Shown: positions 19,378-27,973 of the stretch, piece by piece
Layout of the letters: each line of letters begins with the position of its first letter
Numbering within the stretch: the first letter of the stretch is position 1
NCBI RefSeq assembly: GCF_000148385.1
Contig: NC_014537.1
Coordinates: 1,380,001 to 1,412,000, forward strand
Direction of reading: 5' to 3'
Length of the DNA stretch: 32,000 nucleotides
DNA from: Vulcanisaeta distributa DSM 14429
GTDB lineage: Archaea; Thermoproteota; Thermoprotei; Thermoproteales; Thermocladiaceae
Made by a program: the position numbers and the translations under genes
The notes under the pieces: generated by a model
What the model was told of the DNA's origin: nothing
What the model saw: only the letters and a program-made list of their open reading frames with translations
Database searches by the model: none

Positions 19378-19385
19378 TTTTAAAA
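19378..19385. promoter_or_regulatory. Palindromic TATA-like element TTTTAAAA shared by the divergent radical SAM and DUF1512 genes
   Basis: It is the only strong AT box in the 65-bp divergent intergenic region. It lies about 24-31 nt from the ATG at 19409 and about 35-50 nt from the candidate radical SAM starts. Confidence 0.4.
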
Positions 19386-19408
19386 CTAGTACCTGTTATT
19401 GTTAATTG

Positions 19409-20593
19409 ATGGACATACTCACGATTTTACTGCAGGTACTACTGCAGACTGGATTGAATAATCAGAGTAGTTTCTGGAGCTTTATATCCACGATAATTTG
19501 GCTAATAATATTCGTACTACTCCTCACACCCTACTTCCAGAATTACATGGCAATAATGTGGTACTCATACAGCGTGGGGAACTTCCTCACTAGCCTAAGT
19601 AGGTTAATAATGAATAACGTTAACCTAGTTATTAACCATATTAACCAACTACTAAAGTCAAACGGCTCATCCCAATCAACGAATAAGAGCTTGGTCGAGA
19701 AAACAATACAAGACCTCATGGAGTTCGTGGTTATAGAGCCCGTTAGTGCCGAACCCACGGGATTAATGAGGACCCTTAAATTACTCGTGACATCCTATAA
19801 TGAAAAGCTTGAGGACTCAATAAGGACTTTACTACCAAATATCGATAGGCCCCTTGTTCAGAATGTGGTTGATGCTGTTGATGGTTTAAGGGAATTGAAT
19901 TACATATATAAAGTGATTATGCATTATTATAGGTTGAGTAATAAGTACAAGAATCCGTACTTAATGATGCAGGTATACATGTTATTACCAATCATTAGGG
20001 AGTACGTTAATGCATTAAATGGTGCGATAACAACATTCCTGAAGGGGCAGCCGGTTGGTGATGCAGCAGGTCCATTAACGGCATATAGGTTCATGAGGGG
20101 TTGTTCAGGTTTAACGGAGCTCACGCACAACATTAAGGACACGTACATTGGGCTTTGCGATTTTGAGGGTAGGAGGGTTTACGTTATTAAGGCTAGGGGT
20201 CCTGGAGGTACAGTTGGTAACCTCGATGATGGCATAATATACCTAATAGAGAGGGTTGGTGTTAAGCCGAGGATGATAATCACCGTGGACGCAGCCCTCA
20301 AGTTTGAGGGTGAGAAGACAGGGTCAATAGCGGAGGGTATTGGCGTCGCCATGGGCGGTATTGGTGTTGAGAGATTTAATATAGAAAGGACTGCCAGTAA
20401 GTATGGAATACCTCTCTACGCAATACTCATTAAGATGGGTTTACCTGAGGCGTTGTCGGCGATGACCAAGGACGTTGAAGGTGCGGTTAATGAGGCTGTG
20501 GAGAGGGTTAAGAGGGTTATTAGGGAGAGTGTTAGGGAGGGTGAGGAGGTAATACTCATTGGTGTTGGTAATACTGGTGGTGTTGCTCAGTAA
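19409..20593 (+). CDS. DUF1512-like archaeal membrane-anchored protein of unknown function
   Basis: About 394 aa with N-terminal hydrophobic helices and a helical middle region. The conserved-looking C-terminal domain (GDAAGPLTAY, ARGPGGTVGN, ITVDAALKFEGEKTGSIAEGIGVAMGGIG) resembles what I recall of Pfam DUF1512. The family assignment is from memory only. Confidence 0.55.
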   Translation: MDILTILLQVLLQTGLNNQSSFWSFISTIIWLIIFVLLLTPYFQNYMAIMWYSYSVGNFLTSLSRLIMNNVNLVINHINQLLKSNGSSQSTNKSLVEKTIQDLMEFVVIEPVSAEPTGLMRTLKLLVTSYNEKLEDSIRTLLPNIDRPLVQNVVDAVDGLRELNYIYKVIMHYYRLSNKYKNPYLMMQVYMLLPIIREYVNALNGAITTFLKGQPVGDAAGPLTAYRFMRGCSGLTELTHNIKDTYIGLCDFEGRRVYVIKARGPGGTVGNLDDGIIYLIERVGVKPRMIITVDAALKFEGEKTGSIAEGIGVAMGGIGVERFNIERTASKYGIPLYAILIKMGLPEALSAMTKDVEGAVNEAVERVKRVIRESVREGEEVILIGVGNTGGVAQ

Positions 20594-20632
20594 GTAAGTA
20601 ATTTATTTAAATTCTCAATTCTCACATGCGCG

Positions 20633-20962
20633 GTGAGTTTCGAGTATTACTACATAACCGTGGTGAGCCTGGTAATATTCGTAGTGGCACTGCTAATTGG
20701 GCTAATAATGAACAATAGGTATTACAAGGCAATAAGTGAGGCACTTACGCAGGTTAAGGAGGTGGAATCAAGGGGTCCGCTGGCAACGATGAGTGGTGAT
20801 TTCGAAGTTTTAATGTGTCCCCGTTGTGGTTATTCCAAGACAATACCGTATAGGGTTGGGGATTATGTTGGTAAGGTTGTTGATGAGGCATGTCCTAATG
20901 ATGGTGAGAAATTAATTGTTCATGCAATATATTCCTCAAGGCCTGCCGAGCAGTATTCATGA
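20633..20962 (+). CDS. Small membrane-anchored protein with a zinc-ribbon-like motif
   Basis: 109 aa starting with GTG. It has an N-terminal TM helix (ITVVSLVIFVVALLIGLIM), then CPRCGY...X20...CPNDGEKLIVH. The TATA-like TAATTTATTTAAA lies about 25 nt upstream. Confidence 0.55.
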   Translation: MSFEYYYITVVSLVIFVVALLIGLIMNNRYYKAISEALTQVKEVESRGPLATMSGDFEVLMCPRCGYSKTIPYRVGDYVGKVVDEACPNDGEKLIVHAIYSSRPAEQYS

Positions 20963-21028
20963 AGATAAGCTTTATAACTGGTTGGCTTGTTACAAGATTC
21001 GTGACCCATTTTAATAGGGAATAGGGTT

Positions 21029-22318
21029 ATGAGCATAAAAGATGTTTTTAGTCTAAACGAGGGTGCTGAGGTTACAATAAGGGGTTGGGTCTATAGGAAG
21101 AGGGAGTTGAAGGATAAGATATTCCTCGTTGTCAGGGATGGTAGTGGCATAATACAAGCCGTCATTAATAAGTCTGATCCTAACACGGCGGGTATAGCGT
21201 CTAAATTAAACATAGAATCGTCACTTATGTTGACAGGTGTCGTTAAGAAGGAGCCGCGAGCACCAGGTGGTGCTGAGGTTCATGTTAGGAGTATTGATTG
21301 GTATTACATTGGTGATCCATTTCCAATAAATGAGGATGCGGCTAAGGCGGATAGTGAGTATTTGCTTGATGTCAGGCATTTATGGATTAGGAGTAGGAGG
21401 ATGTGGGCTATCCTTAGGGTTAGGCACACGGTATTTGGCGCAATTCATGAGTTCTTCAGATCTAGGGGCTACTACGAGGTTCAGGGGCCGATGTTCGTAT
21501 CGGCGGCTGTCGAGGGTGGTGCCACATTATTCCCAGTCAAGTACTTCGATAGGGAGGACGTATATTTAACGCAGTCATCTCAATTCTACCTTGAGGTCTT
21601 GATTTACACCCTCGAGAAGGTTTACACAGTGGCACCAAGCTTCAGAGCTGAACCTTCAAGGACTAGGAGACATCTGACAGAATTTTGGCATGCCGAGGCT
21701 GAGGAGGCTTGGCTTCAATTTGACGGACTGCTCAACCTGCTTGAGGACTTAATTACGTACATCGTTAATAAGGTCCTTGAGGAGAGACAGGATGAGTTGA
21801 AATTATTAAATAGGGATACGAAGATTCTGGAGAACGTAAAGCCGCCATTCTATAGGGTCAGTTATGACGAGGCAATCGAGATTCTTCAGTCTAAGGGGTT
21901 GAACATTAAGTGGGGTGATGACATTGGGGCTGATGAGGAGAGGGTATTGACGATGCAGTTCGATAAGCCAATCCTCCTACACCACTTCCCCGAGCAGGTT
22001 AAGGCCTTCTATCATAGGAATGATCCAAGCAGGCCAGGGACAACCCTGAGTGTGGATGTACTTGCGCCAGAGGGCTATGGGGAGATCGTTGGTGGTGGAG
22101 AGCGTATTTATGACTATGAGGAATTACTTAGTAAGATTAAGAAGTTTGGGCTTAAGCCTGAGGATTATGATTGGTACCTGGATCTGAGGAGATATGGCTC
22201 GGTGCCGCATGCAGGCTTTGGGCTTGGTGTTGATAGGCTGGTTATGTGGGTTTGTGGTCTTGATCATATCAGGGATGCATTACCATTCCCAAGGGACATA
22301 AGGCGCGTTAAACCATAA
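21029..22318 (+). CDS. asnS: Class IIb aminoacyl-tRNA synthetase, most likely asparaginyl-tRNA synthetase (an archaeal AspRS-like enzyme is not excluded)
   Basis: 429 aa with an N-terminal OB anticodon-binding fold. Motif 2 is FRAEPSRTRRHLTEFWHAEAE and motif 3 is GFGLGVDRLVMW. LTQSSQFYLE (rather than QSPQ.yKQ) and EFW..E.E favour AsnRS over AspRS. Confidence 0.7.
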   Translation: MSIKDVFSLNEGAEVTIRGWVYRKRELKDKIFLVVRDGSGIIQAVINKSDPNTAGIASKLNIESSLMLTGVVKKEPRAPGGAEVHVRSIDWYYIGDPFPINEDAAKADSEYLLDVRHLWIRSRRMWAILRVRHTVFGAIHEFFRSRGYYEVQGPMFVSAAVEGGATLFPVKYFDREDVYLTQSSQFYLEVLIYTLEKVYTVAPSFRAEPSRTRRHLTEFWHAEAEEAWLQFDGLLNLLEDLITYIVNKVLEERQDELKLLNRDTKILENVKPPFYRVSYDEAIEILQSKGLNIKWGDDIGADEERVLTMQFDKPILLHHFPEQVKAFYHRNDPSRPGTTLSVDVLAPEGYGEIVGGGERIYDYEELLSKIKKFGLKPEDYDWYLDLRRYGSVPHAGFGLGVDRLVMWVCGLDHIRDALPFPRDIRRVKP

Positions 22319-22337
22319 TGTGTAAGTGAGGTTCAAA

Positions 22338-22916
22338 ATGGTTCGGTTACTAATAACTGGTTCGCCAGGGGTTGGGAAGACCACGGTGGCGGTAGAACTT
22401 TCGAAGGTATTCAATGCAGTGTTGGTGGATATAAATGATGTTATAAAACCCCTCCTTAGGTGGGACCCTAAGCTACTCACTAATTATGTAATAGATGAGG
22501 GAAAGGCACGTGAATTAATTGCGAAAAAATTGAGTGGCTTGCAGTCTTACATAATCGATACGGTGGCCATAAACCTAATTGATAGGTCATTAATTGATTG
22601 GTGCGTCGTACTTAGACTTAACCCCACTGAGTTGATGCGCAGATTGTTAATGAGAAATTGGCCTAGGTGTAAGGTTGTTGAGAATGTACTTGCGGAGGTC
22701 GTTGGCTCCTCATTGAGTATGGCCATTGACCTATTCGGTAGAGATAAAGTGATTGAGGTTGATACAACAGGTAGGGATGTCCAGGATATTGTCAAGTACA
22801 TAGTTAATCACGTATCAAGTGGTAATGGCGTTATTGGCGTGGTTGATTGGCTTGACTTGCTTGATACGGATTTCCTAGTAAGCCTTAGTAGGGAGATGGA
22901 TGAGTGCCAGGCTTAG
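22338..22916 (+). CDS. AK6/Fap7-like adenylate kinase / NTPase
   Basis: It has the P-loop ITGSPGVGKTT and the VVLRLNPTELMRRLLMRNWPRCKVVENVLAEV block, which is typical of archaeal Fap7/AK6 homologues. The track start is GTG at 22326; I prefer the ATG at 22338. Confidence 0.7.
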   Translation: MVRLLITGSPGVGKTTVAVELSKVFNAVLVDINDVIKPLLRWDPKLLTNYVIDEGKARELIAKKLSGLQSYIIDTVAINLIDRSLIDWCVVLRLNPTELMRRLLMRNWPRCKVVENVLAEVVGSSLSMAIDLFGRDKVIEVDTTGRDVQDIVKYIVNHVSSGNGVIGVVDWLDLLDTDFLVSLSREMDECQA

Positions 22917-23353
22917 TGGTCTGTGTACTTTATGCTCCTCATCAATCTCTTAATCTCGAACATGAATAGTCTGTTCCAGCCAATGTTCTCAAGCCTCTTA
23001 ACGATGCTCCTAAGCGTGCCAGCCCTAAGGCTTACGAGTAATACCTTACCAACGCGCTTACCCTGCATGAAGAATCTAATGAGTACGAGTCTCTCATTCT
23101 CATACTCAAAGACGTAGTCCTTTATCGTCCTATACCTACCAAGTGTGTCCCCAAACTCCTCCTCAGCCATGTCGAGGTACGTGGCTAGGTCCGGGTCAAT
23201 CTCCATGTACTCAAGCCTATGTAAGCCGGCATTCTCAAGGTCAAGGATGACCACGTCGAGGTCCTTATTGACCTCAAATATGGCAATGCCATAAATACGC
23301 ATTTCAATCCCCATGTCAAGGGCAGTACTATGCTTTAAAAACATTTTGTCCAA
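22913..23353 (-). CDS. Hypothetical protein (possibly a Roadblock/LC7-like alpha/beta fold)
   Basis: 146-aa ORF, 20 nt downstream of the permease gene on the same strand, so probably co-transcribed. I recognised no diagnostic motif. Confidence 0.5.
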   Translation of the reverse strand: MDKMFLKHSTALDMGIEMRIYGIAIFEVNKDLDVVILDLENAGLHRLEYMEIDPDLATYLDMAEEEFGDTLGRYRTIKDYVFEYENERLVLIRFFMQGKRVGKVLLVSLRAGTLRSIVKRLENIGWNRLFMFEIKRLMRSIKYTDH

Positions 23354-23373
23354 TAATTATTGAAAAAACAGAG

Positions 23374-24651
23374 TCAGAATGTTATGTGAACATAATTCAA
23401 CCATACGTAGTAAATTACAGTATTCACGATTGTTACGGGAATCCCATACTTCATAAACTCTAGAAAACCAAAACCCTCACCACCCCTCTTCTCACTAGCC
23501 TCGCTAATTATTACATTACTCGCAGCGCCGATCAATGTCAGATTCCCAGCTATAGTACTTGAAGCCGCCAATCCAACCCAAATAATGTAATTGCTCGGCG
23601 AAACCCCCAATTCCCTCATCAATGGTATGTACAAGGCCACCATGGGTACATTACTAATGACCTGACTAAGGAGCAAACCTGATATGAAGACTCCTATTAA
23701 TGTTGTTGGCTGTGGTAAATAATGAGCCAATGAATTAAGCACTCCGGATTCCAGAGCCCCCTCACTAACGATGAATAATCCTATGAAGAATAATATTGTC
23801 GTCCAGTCAACATTATGTGCAACGCTTCTCCTATCGTCACCGCTGAGTAGGTAAATTATTGAGGCGCTCATGAATGTTAGAGTAACCGGTGTTAAGTATG
23901 GACTTATGTTGAAGATATCCGTTATGAAGTAAAGCGGTATTAGTATTAATAGTATTGTAATTGCGGTATAGGCTAACCTCTTATTAACGAGCAATTCCTC
24001 AGGTCTTCTAATCTCCTCAACCACTACATCATCATTATTATTACGGAATAGTAATAGAAGTAATGGGTATGTCACTAGTATGTTGATTATTGTTGGCGGT
24101 AGTAGGTAAAGTGCGAATACTATGAATGGTCTTGGCATGCCCGACTCAAGTGCAATGAGGAGATTCTGCGGATTACCAACAGGTAATGCCACACTACCTA
24201 TGGTTACGCCAAAGGCCAGGGCATAGAGTAATGGTTTGATATTTATCCGGGCCTGCCTTCTCATGGACACTATTACTGGCGTAAATGAACCTGCAATACC
24301 ATCATTCGATAAGGCGAGTGATAATATGGCTGATAACCCAAATACCCTGAGTATTAACCTGCCCATACCACGACTACTAATCAATAATTTATATGCCAGG
24401 TAACTAAAGAATCCACTGACCTCAAGTGCGGATGATATTGTGAATAGTGAGATTAGAAATAGAATAACATTAAGGTTTATTGAGGATAAAGCCTGATTAG
24501 GCGTGAGTATACCGAGTACTATTGTGAGGGCCGCACCAAATAGCATCGCCACCCATGGCTGTACATTAATCTTCCCAATCCCCCTCAGGGCTATCAGGCC
24601 GTATGTAATCGCTAGTATGATGCTATCCTCAATGAATTTTGTTGACAGCAT
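23374..24651 (-). CDS. ArsB/NhaD-superfamily (CitMHS-like) anion permease
   Basis: 425 aa and hydrophobic throughout, with about 10-12 helices. It shows a two-fold repeat architecture with a central hydrophilic loop (NNNDDVVVEEIRRPEE) and GNPQN/SN.P-type re-entrant motifs. Confidence 0.7.
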   Translation of the reverse strand: MLSTKFIEDSIILAITYGLIALRGIGKINVQPWVAMLFGAALTIVLGILTPNQALSSINLNVILFLISLFTISSALEVSGFFSYLAYKLLISSRGMGRLILRVFGLSAILSLALSNDGIAGSFTPVIVSMRRQARINIKPLLYALAFGVTIGSVALPVGNPQNLLIALESGMPRPFIVFALYLLPPTIINILVTYPLLLLLFRNNNDDVVVEEIRRPEELLVNKRLAYTAITILLILIPLYFITDIFNISPYLTPVTLTFMSASIIYLLSGDDRRSVAHNVDWTTILFFIGLFIVSEGALESGVLNSLAHYLPQPTTLIGVFISGLLLSQVISNVPMVALYIPLMRELGVSPSNYIIWVGLAASSTIAGNLTLIGAASNVIISEASEKRGGEGFGFLEFMKYGIPVTIVNTVIYYVWLNYVHITF

Positions 24652-24867
24652 ATCCTGCTTAGTGTCCTTCTACACTAGTACATGGATTAAAAAGCTTTGT
24701 CTCTGACATTAATTAAAGGAAAGAGAATTGAACAAATAAACTTAATTAGGAAGATAGATAGTGAACTATTGATGATGAGGCTCGAGAGGTTTGATCAAAT
24801 GATAATAACGCAGGCCTTACTGAACATGCTTAAAGAGGTTACTTCCACGATGGATCGGTGGCACTAA

Positions 24868-25629
24868 ATGGGGATTAGGGACGCCATTGATGACTTAAGG
24901 GCCGTGATTACCTTCTTCACGGTAATACCCATTGGCGGTACTCACGATGTTTCAAGAGCCCTAAGAAATGCTTGGCTTGCGGTAATAATTGTACCACCAA
25001 TAACTGGGTTATTACCTGGTCTCTTTGGTTACTACCTAAGTCTCTTAACGCACAATGACTTGTTGATTGCAGTGATCACATATATGTTACTACTCCTTTT
25101 GACTGGGCTTAATCATATTGATGGTTTCGCAGACGTGGTCGATGCGTTGATGGTTAGAGGCTCGATTGAGGATAGAATTAGGGTACTTAAGGATCCGCAT
25201 AGGGGCTCTGCGTCAATAGCGATGGTAGTACTACTAGTAATATTGGCTGTGTCATCATTAATTAATTTAATTCACGTATTATGGCAGTCGTTACTTATTG
25301 CGGAGTTTGTGTCTAAGTCCTCATGTTGTCTTTGCGGCGTAATTGGTAAGAGACCCAGCCATAAGGGGTTGGGTTGGCAATTGACTACGTATAGTAAGGA
25401 GAAGGTTCACATAATCATTGCCGTATTAATCATAGCCCTAATCATCACATACCTATTACTAAAATTAATTGGTTTGCTCGTTGCCTTAATAACCATGGCC
25501 TTTAACACGTTGTTATTCATAGCGTTGCAAAATAACCTTGGGGGTGCTGTTGGTGATCTTTACGGTTTCACGCTTGAGGTTTCAAGGGTTACAGCATTAG
25601 TGCTAATGTCACTTTTGATTGGCGTCTGA
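24868..25629 (+). CDS. cobS: Adenosylcobinamide-GDP ribazoletransferase (cobalamin synthase)
   Basis: 253-aa polytopic membrane protein. FFTVIPIG, TGLNHIDGFADVVDAL and LGGAVGDLYG align with E. coli CobS motifs (TGGFHLDGLADTCDG, LGGQTGDTLG). Confidence 0.8.
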   Translation: MGIRDAIDDLRAVITFFTVIPIGGTHDVSRALRNAWLAVIIVPPITGLLPGLFGYYLSLLTHNDLLIAVITYMLLLLLTGLNHIDGFADVVDALMVRGSIEDRIRVLKDPHRGSASIAMVVLLVILAVSSLINLIHVLWQSLLIAEFVSKSSCCLCGVIGKRPSHKGLGWQLTTYSKEKVHIIIAVLIIALIITYLLLKLIGLLVALITMAFNTLLFIALQNNLGGAVGDLYGFTLEVSRVTALVLMSLLIGV

Positions 25630-25691
25630 GGTTTACATTAACCTGAGTATTCAGTACTACTTTAATATACTGCCCTATATCGTATCACTGT

Positions 25692-27242
25692 ATGGGTAAT
25701 GATCCAGATGCCATAATAAGCATAACACCGGATTTAGCGCTTGACATGGGTTATACCTATGCTGGTGGGCTTGGCGTACTCGAAGGCGATAAATTCTACG
25801 GTGCAGCAGCGCTTGGGCTTAATTACTACGTAATAACCCTACTGTATAGGAATGGCTATGTTGACTATGACTTTGATGAGAATGATAATCCGGTACCAAA
25901 GCCTCAACCGCAACCTAAGTCCTTCCTCGAATCCTTAAGGCTAGCTGACACGTTCACAGTTAAACTAAGGGGTGAGAATGTGGAGGTTAATGCATGGGAA
26001 TATCGCTTAGGCTCTGCGCATGCCGTATTCCTAGAGCCTAGAGGACCTGAGTGGGCCTTGAAGTTGACTGATAGGATATACATAGAGGGTAGTGTTGAGG
26101 AGAAGTTCCTGAAGTACATATTCCTTGCCAGGGGAGCCGTGGAGTTCATAAGGAGGAACATAGGGCTTGAGAATGTTAGGTACATAGACCTTCAGGAGGC
26201 TTACGCGGCCATGGTGCCGATAATACTCAGGATACCCGGCAGGTATAGGCTCATTATTCATACACCAGGTCCCTGGGGGCATCCATCATTCCCAAATAGG
26301 CTCTTTGAGGAGGAGACTGGTTACAGGTTTATCGAGGACCCCGTGGTCCTAACGAGCATTGGGGCTGCCATGGCCTGGGAAGTGATTATGGTTTCGTCAA
26401 AGCACTATGACATAATGAGGAAGGTAATACCCCAATTCATAAGTAAGGCTAGGTTCATAACGAACGGTGTTGATCTTAACCGATGGATGGACCCAGAGAT
26501 AAGGCTACTTTACGAAAGAGGTTCATTAACTAGGGAAAGTCTTGCACTCATTAAGTCTAGGCTGAAAAATGAGCTTCAGGGGCTGGTAAGGTCGTATAAA
26601 CCCATAGATCTTAGCGGTGATTCGCTCATTGCCGCGTGGGTCAGAAGAATGACTTTGTATAAGAGGCCTCATTTCGTGGCTAGGTTGATTGAAGATGGTG
26701 AGTTTAATGATGTGATTTTTGTTTTAGGTGGAAAGTCGCACCCAATGGATAAGGATGGATTAATATACATGAAGAAGTTCAGGGAATTACATAGGATGTA
26801 TAAGAACGTTGTTTACATACATGACTATGACGTTAATAAGGCCAAGATAATACTTAAGGGCATTGACGTACTGCTATTTACGCCATTCCCAGGCTGGGAG
26901 GCGAGTGGCACTAGCTTCATGAAGGCCGCAATAAATGGTGTGCCAAGTATAGCGTCTAGGGATGGTGCAGCCGTTGAGTTAATAACGGATGGCGTGAATG
27001 GTTGGTTGTTCGGTAGTGATATTAGGGAGTTGATAGATTTCGCAAATGATCCAAGGGGTAAGGAGATCGATGAGAGGGAGTACACGGAATTTAAGGCGAA
27101 GTTTGCCCAGGTGTATGACCTGTATAATTCGGATAAGGAGCGCTTTTACCTCATCAGCCTAAGCGCAATATTTAGTTTCGCGCCTAGGGTCGACATTAAG
27201 AGGGTGCTTCGTGAGTACTATCCCGACCTCGTTAGGGGATGA
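25692..27242 (+). CDS. Short-form GT35 alpha-glucan phosphorylase family protein
   Basis: 516 aa. It has the N-terminal YAGGLGVLEGDKFYGAAALGL...LLYRNGY block. The C-terminal EASGTSFMKAAINGVP contains the Lys that binds PLP in glycogen phosphorylases. Confidence 0.75.
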   Translation: MGNDPDAIISITPDLALDMGYTYAGGLGVLEGDKFYGAAALGLNYYVITLLYRNGYVDYDFDENDNPVPKPQPQPKSFLESLRLADTFTVKLRGENVEVNAWEYRLGSAHAVFLEPRGPEWALKLTDRIYIEGSVEEKFLKYIFLARGAVEFIRRNIGLENVRYIDLQEAYAAMVPIILRIPGRYRLIIHTPGPWGHPSFPNRLFEEETGYRFIEDPVVLTSIGAAMAWEVIMVSSKHYDIMRKVIPQFISKARFITNGVDLNRWMDPEIRLLYERGSLTRESLALIKSRLKNELQGLVRSYKPIDLSGDSLIAAWVRRMTLYKRPHFVARLIEDGEFNDVIFVLGGKSHPMDKDGLIYMKKFRELHRMYKNVVYIHDYDVNKAKIILKGIDVLLFTPFPGWEASGTSFMKAAINGVPSIASRDGAAVELITDGVNGWLFGSDIRELIDFANDPRGKEIDEREYTEFKAKFAQVYDLYNSDKERFYLISLSAIFSFAPRVDIKRVLREYYPDLVRG

Positions 27243-27281
27243 GGTTAAAGCTTTTTAATTCCCCGGTAGCCTTGGTCGTCA

Positions 27282-27488
27282 ATGCCCACATGCAAACTCT
27301 GTGGTAGGTCCTTCGATACATTAACTGAGTTATACGTGCATTTAAGTAGTGAGTGTAATAAAATTCCGAGGTCCAGGAGATGCCCTGTGTGCGGTAGCAA
27401 GTATAGGTCTATTAGGTTCATGAAGCACCACTTAATAAATGAGGCTTTCATTGAGTCTAAGCACATGAGTTATTTAATTAGCATTTAG
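27282..27488 (+). CDS. Small protein with two classical C2H2-type zinc fingers
   Basis: 68 aa. Finger 1, CKLCGRSFDTLTELYVHLSSEC, fits C-X2-C-X3-F-X5-L-X2-H-X4-C exactly. Finger 2, CPVCGSKYRSIRFMKHH, fits C-X2-C-X3-Y-X5-M-X2-H. The TATA-like CTTTTTAATT lies about 25 nt upstream. Confidence 0.7.
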   Translation: MPTCKLCGRSFDTLTELYVHLSSECNKIPRSRRCPVCGSKYRSIRFMKHHLINEAFIESKHMSYLISI

Positions 27489-27525
27489 GGAATAACATTA
27501 TTTCTGCCAATCAGAGCGCTGCACT

Positions 27526-27972
27526 GTGGAGGTTACCAGGGTTATTAAGGTTCAATCCAATTGTAGGGAGTGCCTTGATTTAATAGTAAAGGCATTGTCT
27601 ATGTTCAATGGGATATTACTCATGAAGTTCTTCGGTAATGACCTCGTAATAACCTACGACACTAATAACATTAATTTCAGCGATATTGCCCAATCAATTC
27701 TCTCACTTGGTGTTGGCTTAATACTTAGAAAGGTCATTATGAATGCGAGCATTAGGGGCAATATTAATTTTGAGGAGCTGGAGCTAACGATTAGTAGGTC
27801 TGTTGACGGTATTGTGAGCCTATTTTACGACCAAGCAACGTCTAGGTTATCAATCATTATGCACCCGGATACGGACATAAACACAGTCATTAATAACCTA
27901 GTTAATATGGGCATCACAATTAATGAGGTAACCACGGATGAATTAACCCAGGTACTGATGGCCCGCTCCTAA
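27526..27972 (+). CDS. Tandem HMA-like (ferredoxin-fold, heavy-metal-associated-like) protein
   Basis: 148 aa starting with GTG. Half 1 is VIKVQSNCRECLDLIVKALSMFNGILLMKF..NDLVITYD...DIAQSILSLG and fits the HMA pattern with a CxxC. Half 2 (NASIRGNINFEELELTISRSVDGIVSLFYD...INNLVNMG) repeats the pattern without Cys. Confidence 0.55.
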   Translation: MEVTRVIKVQSNCRECLDLIVKALSMFNGILLMKFFGNDLVITYDTNNINFSDIAQSILSLGVGLILRKVIMNASIRGNINFEELELTISRSVDGIVSLFYDQATSRLSIIMHPDTDINTVINNLVNMGITINEVTTDELTQVLMARS

Positions 27973-27973
27973 T

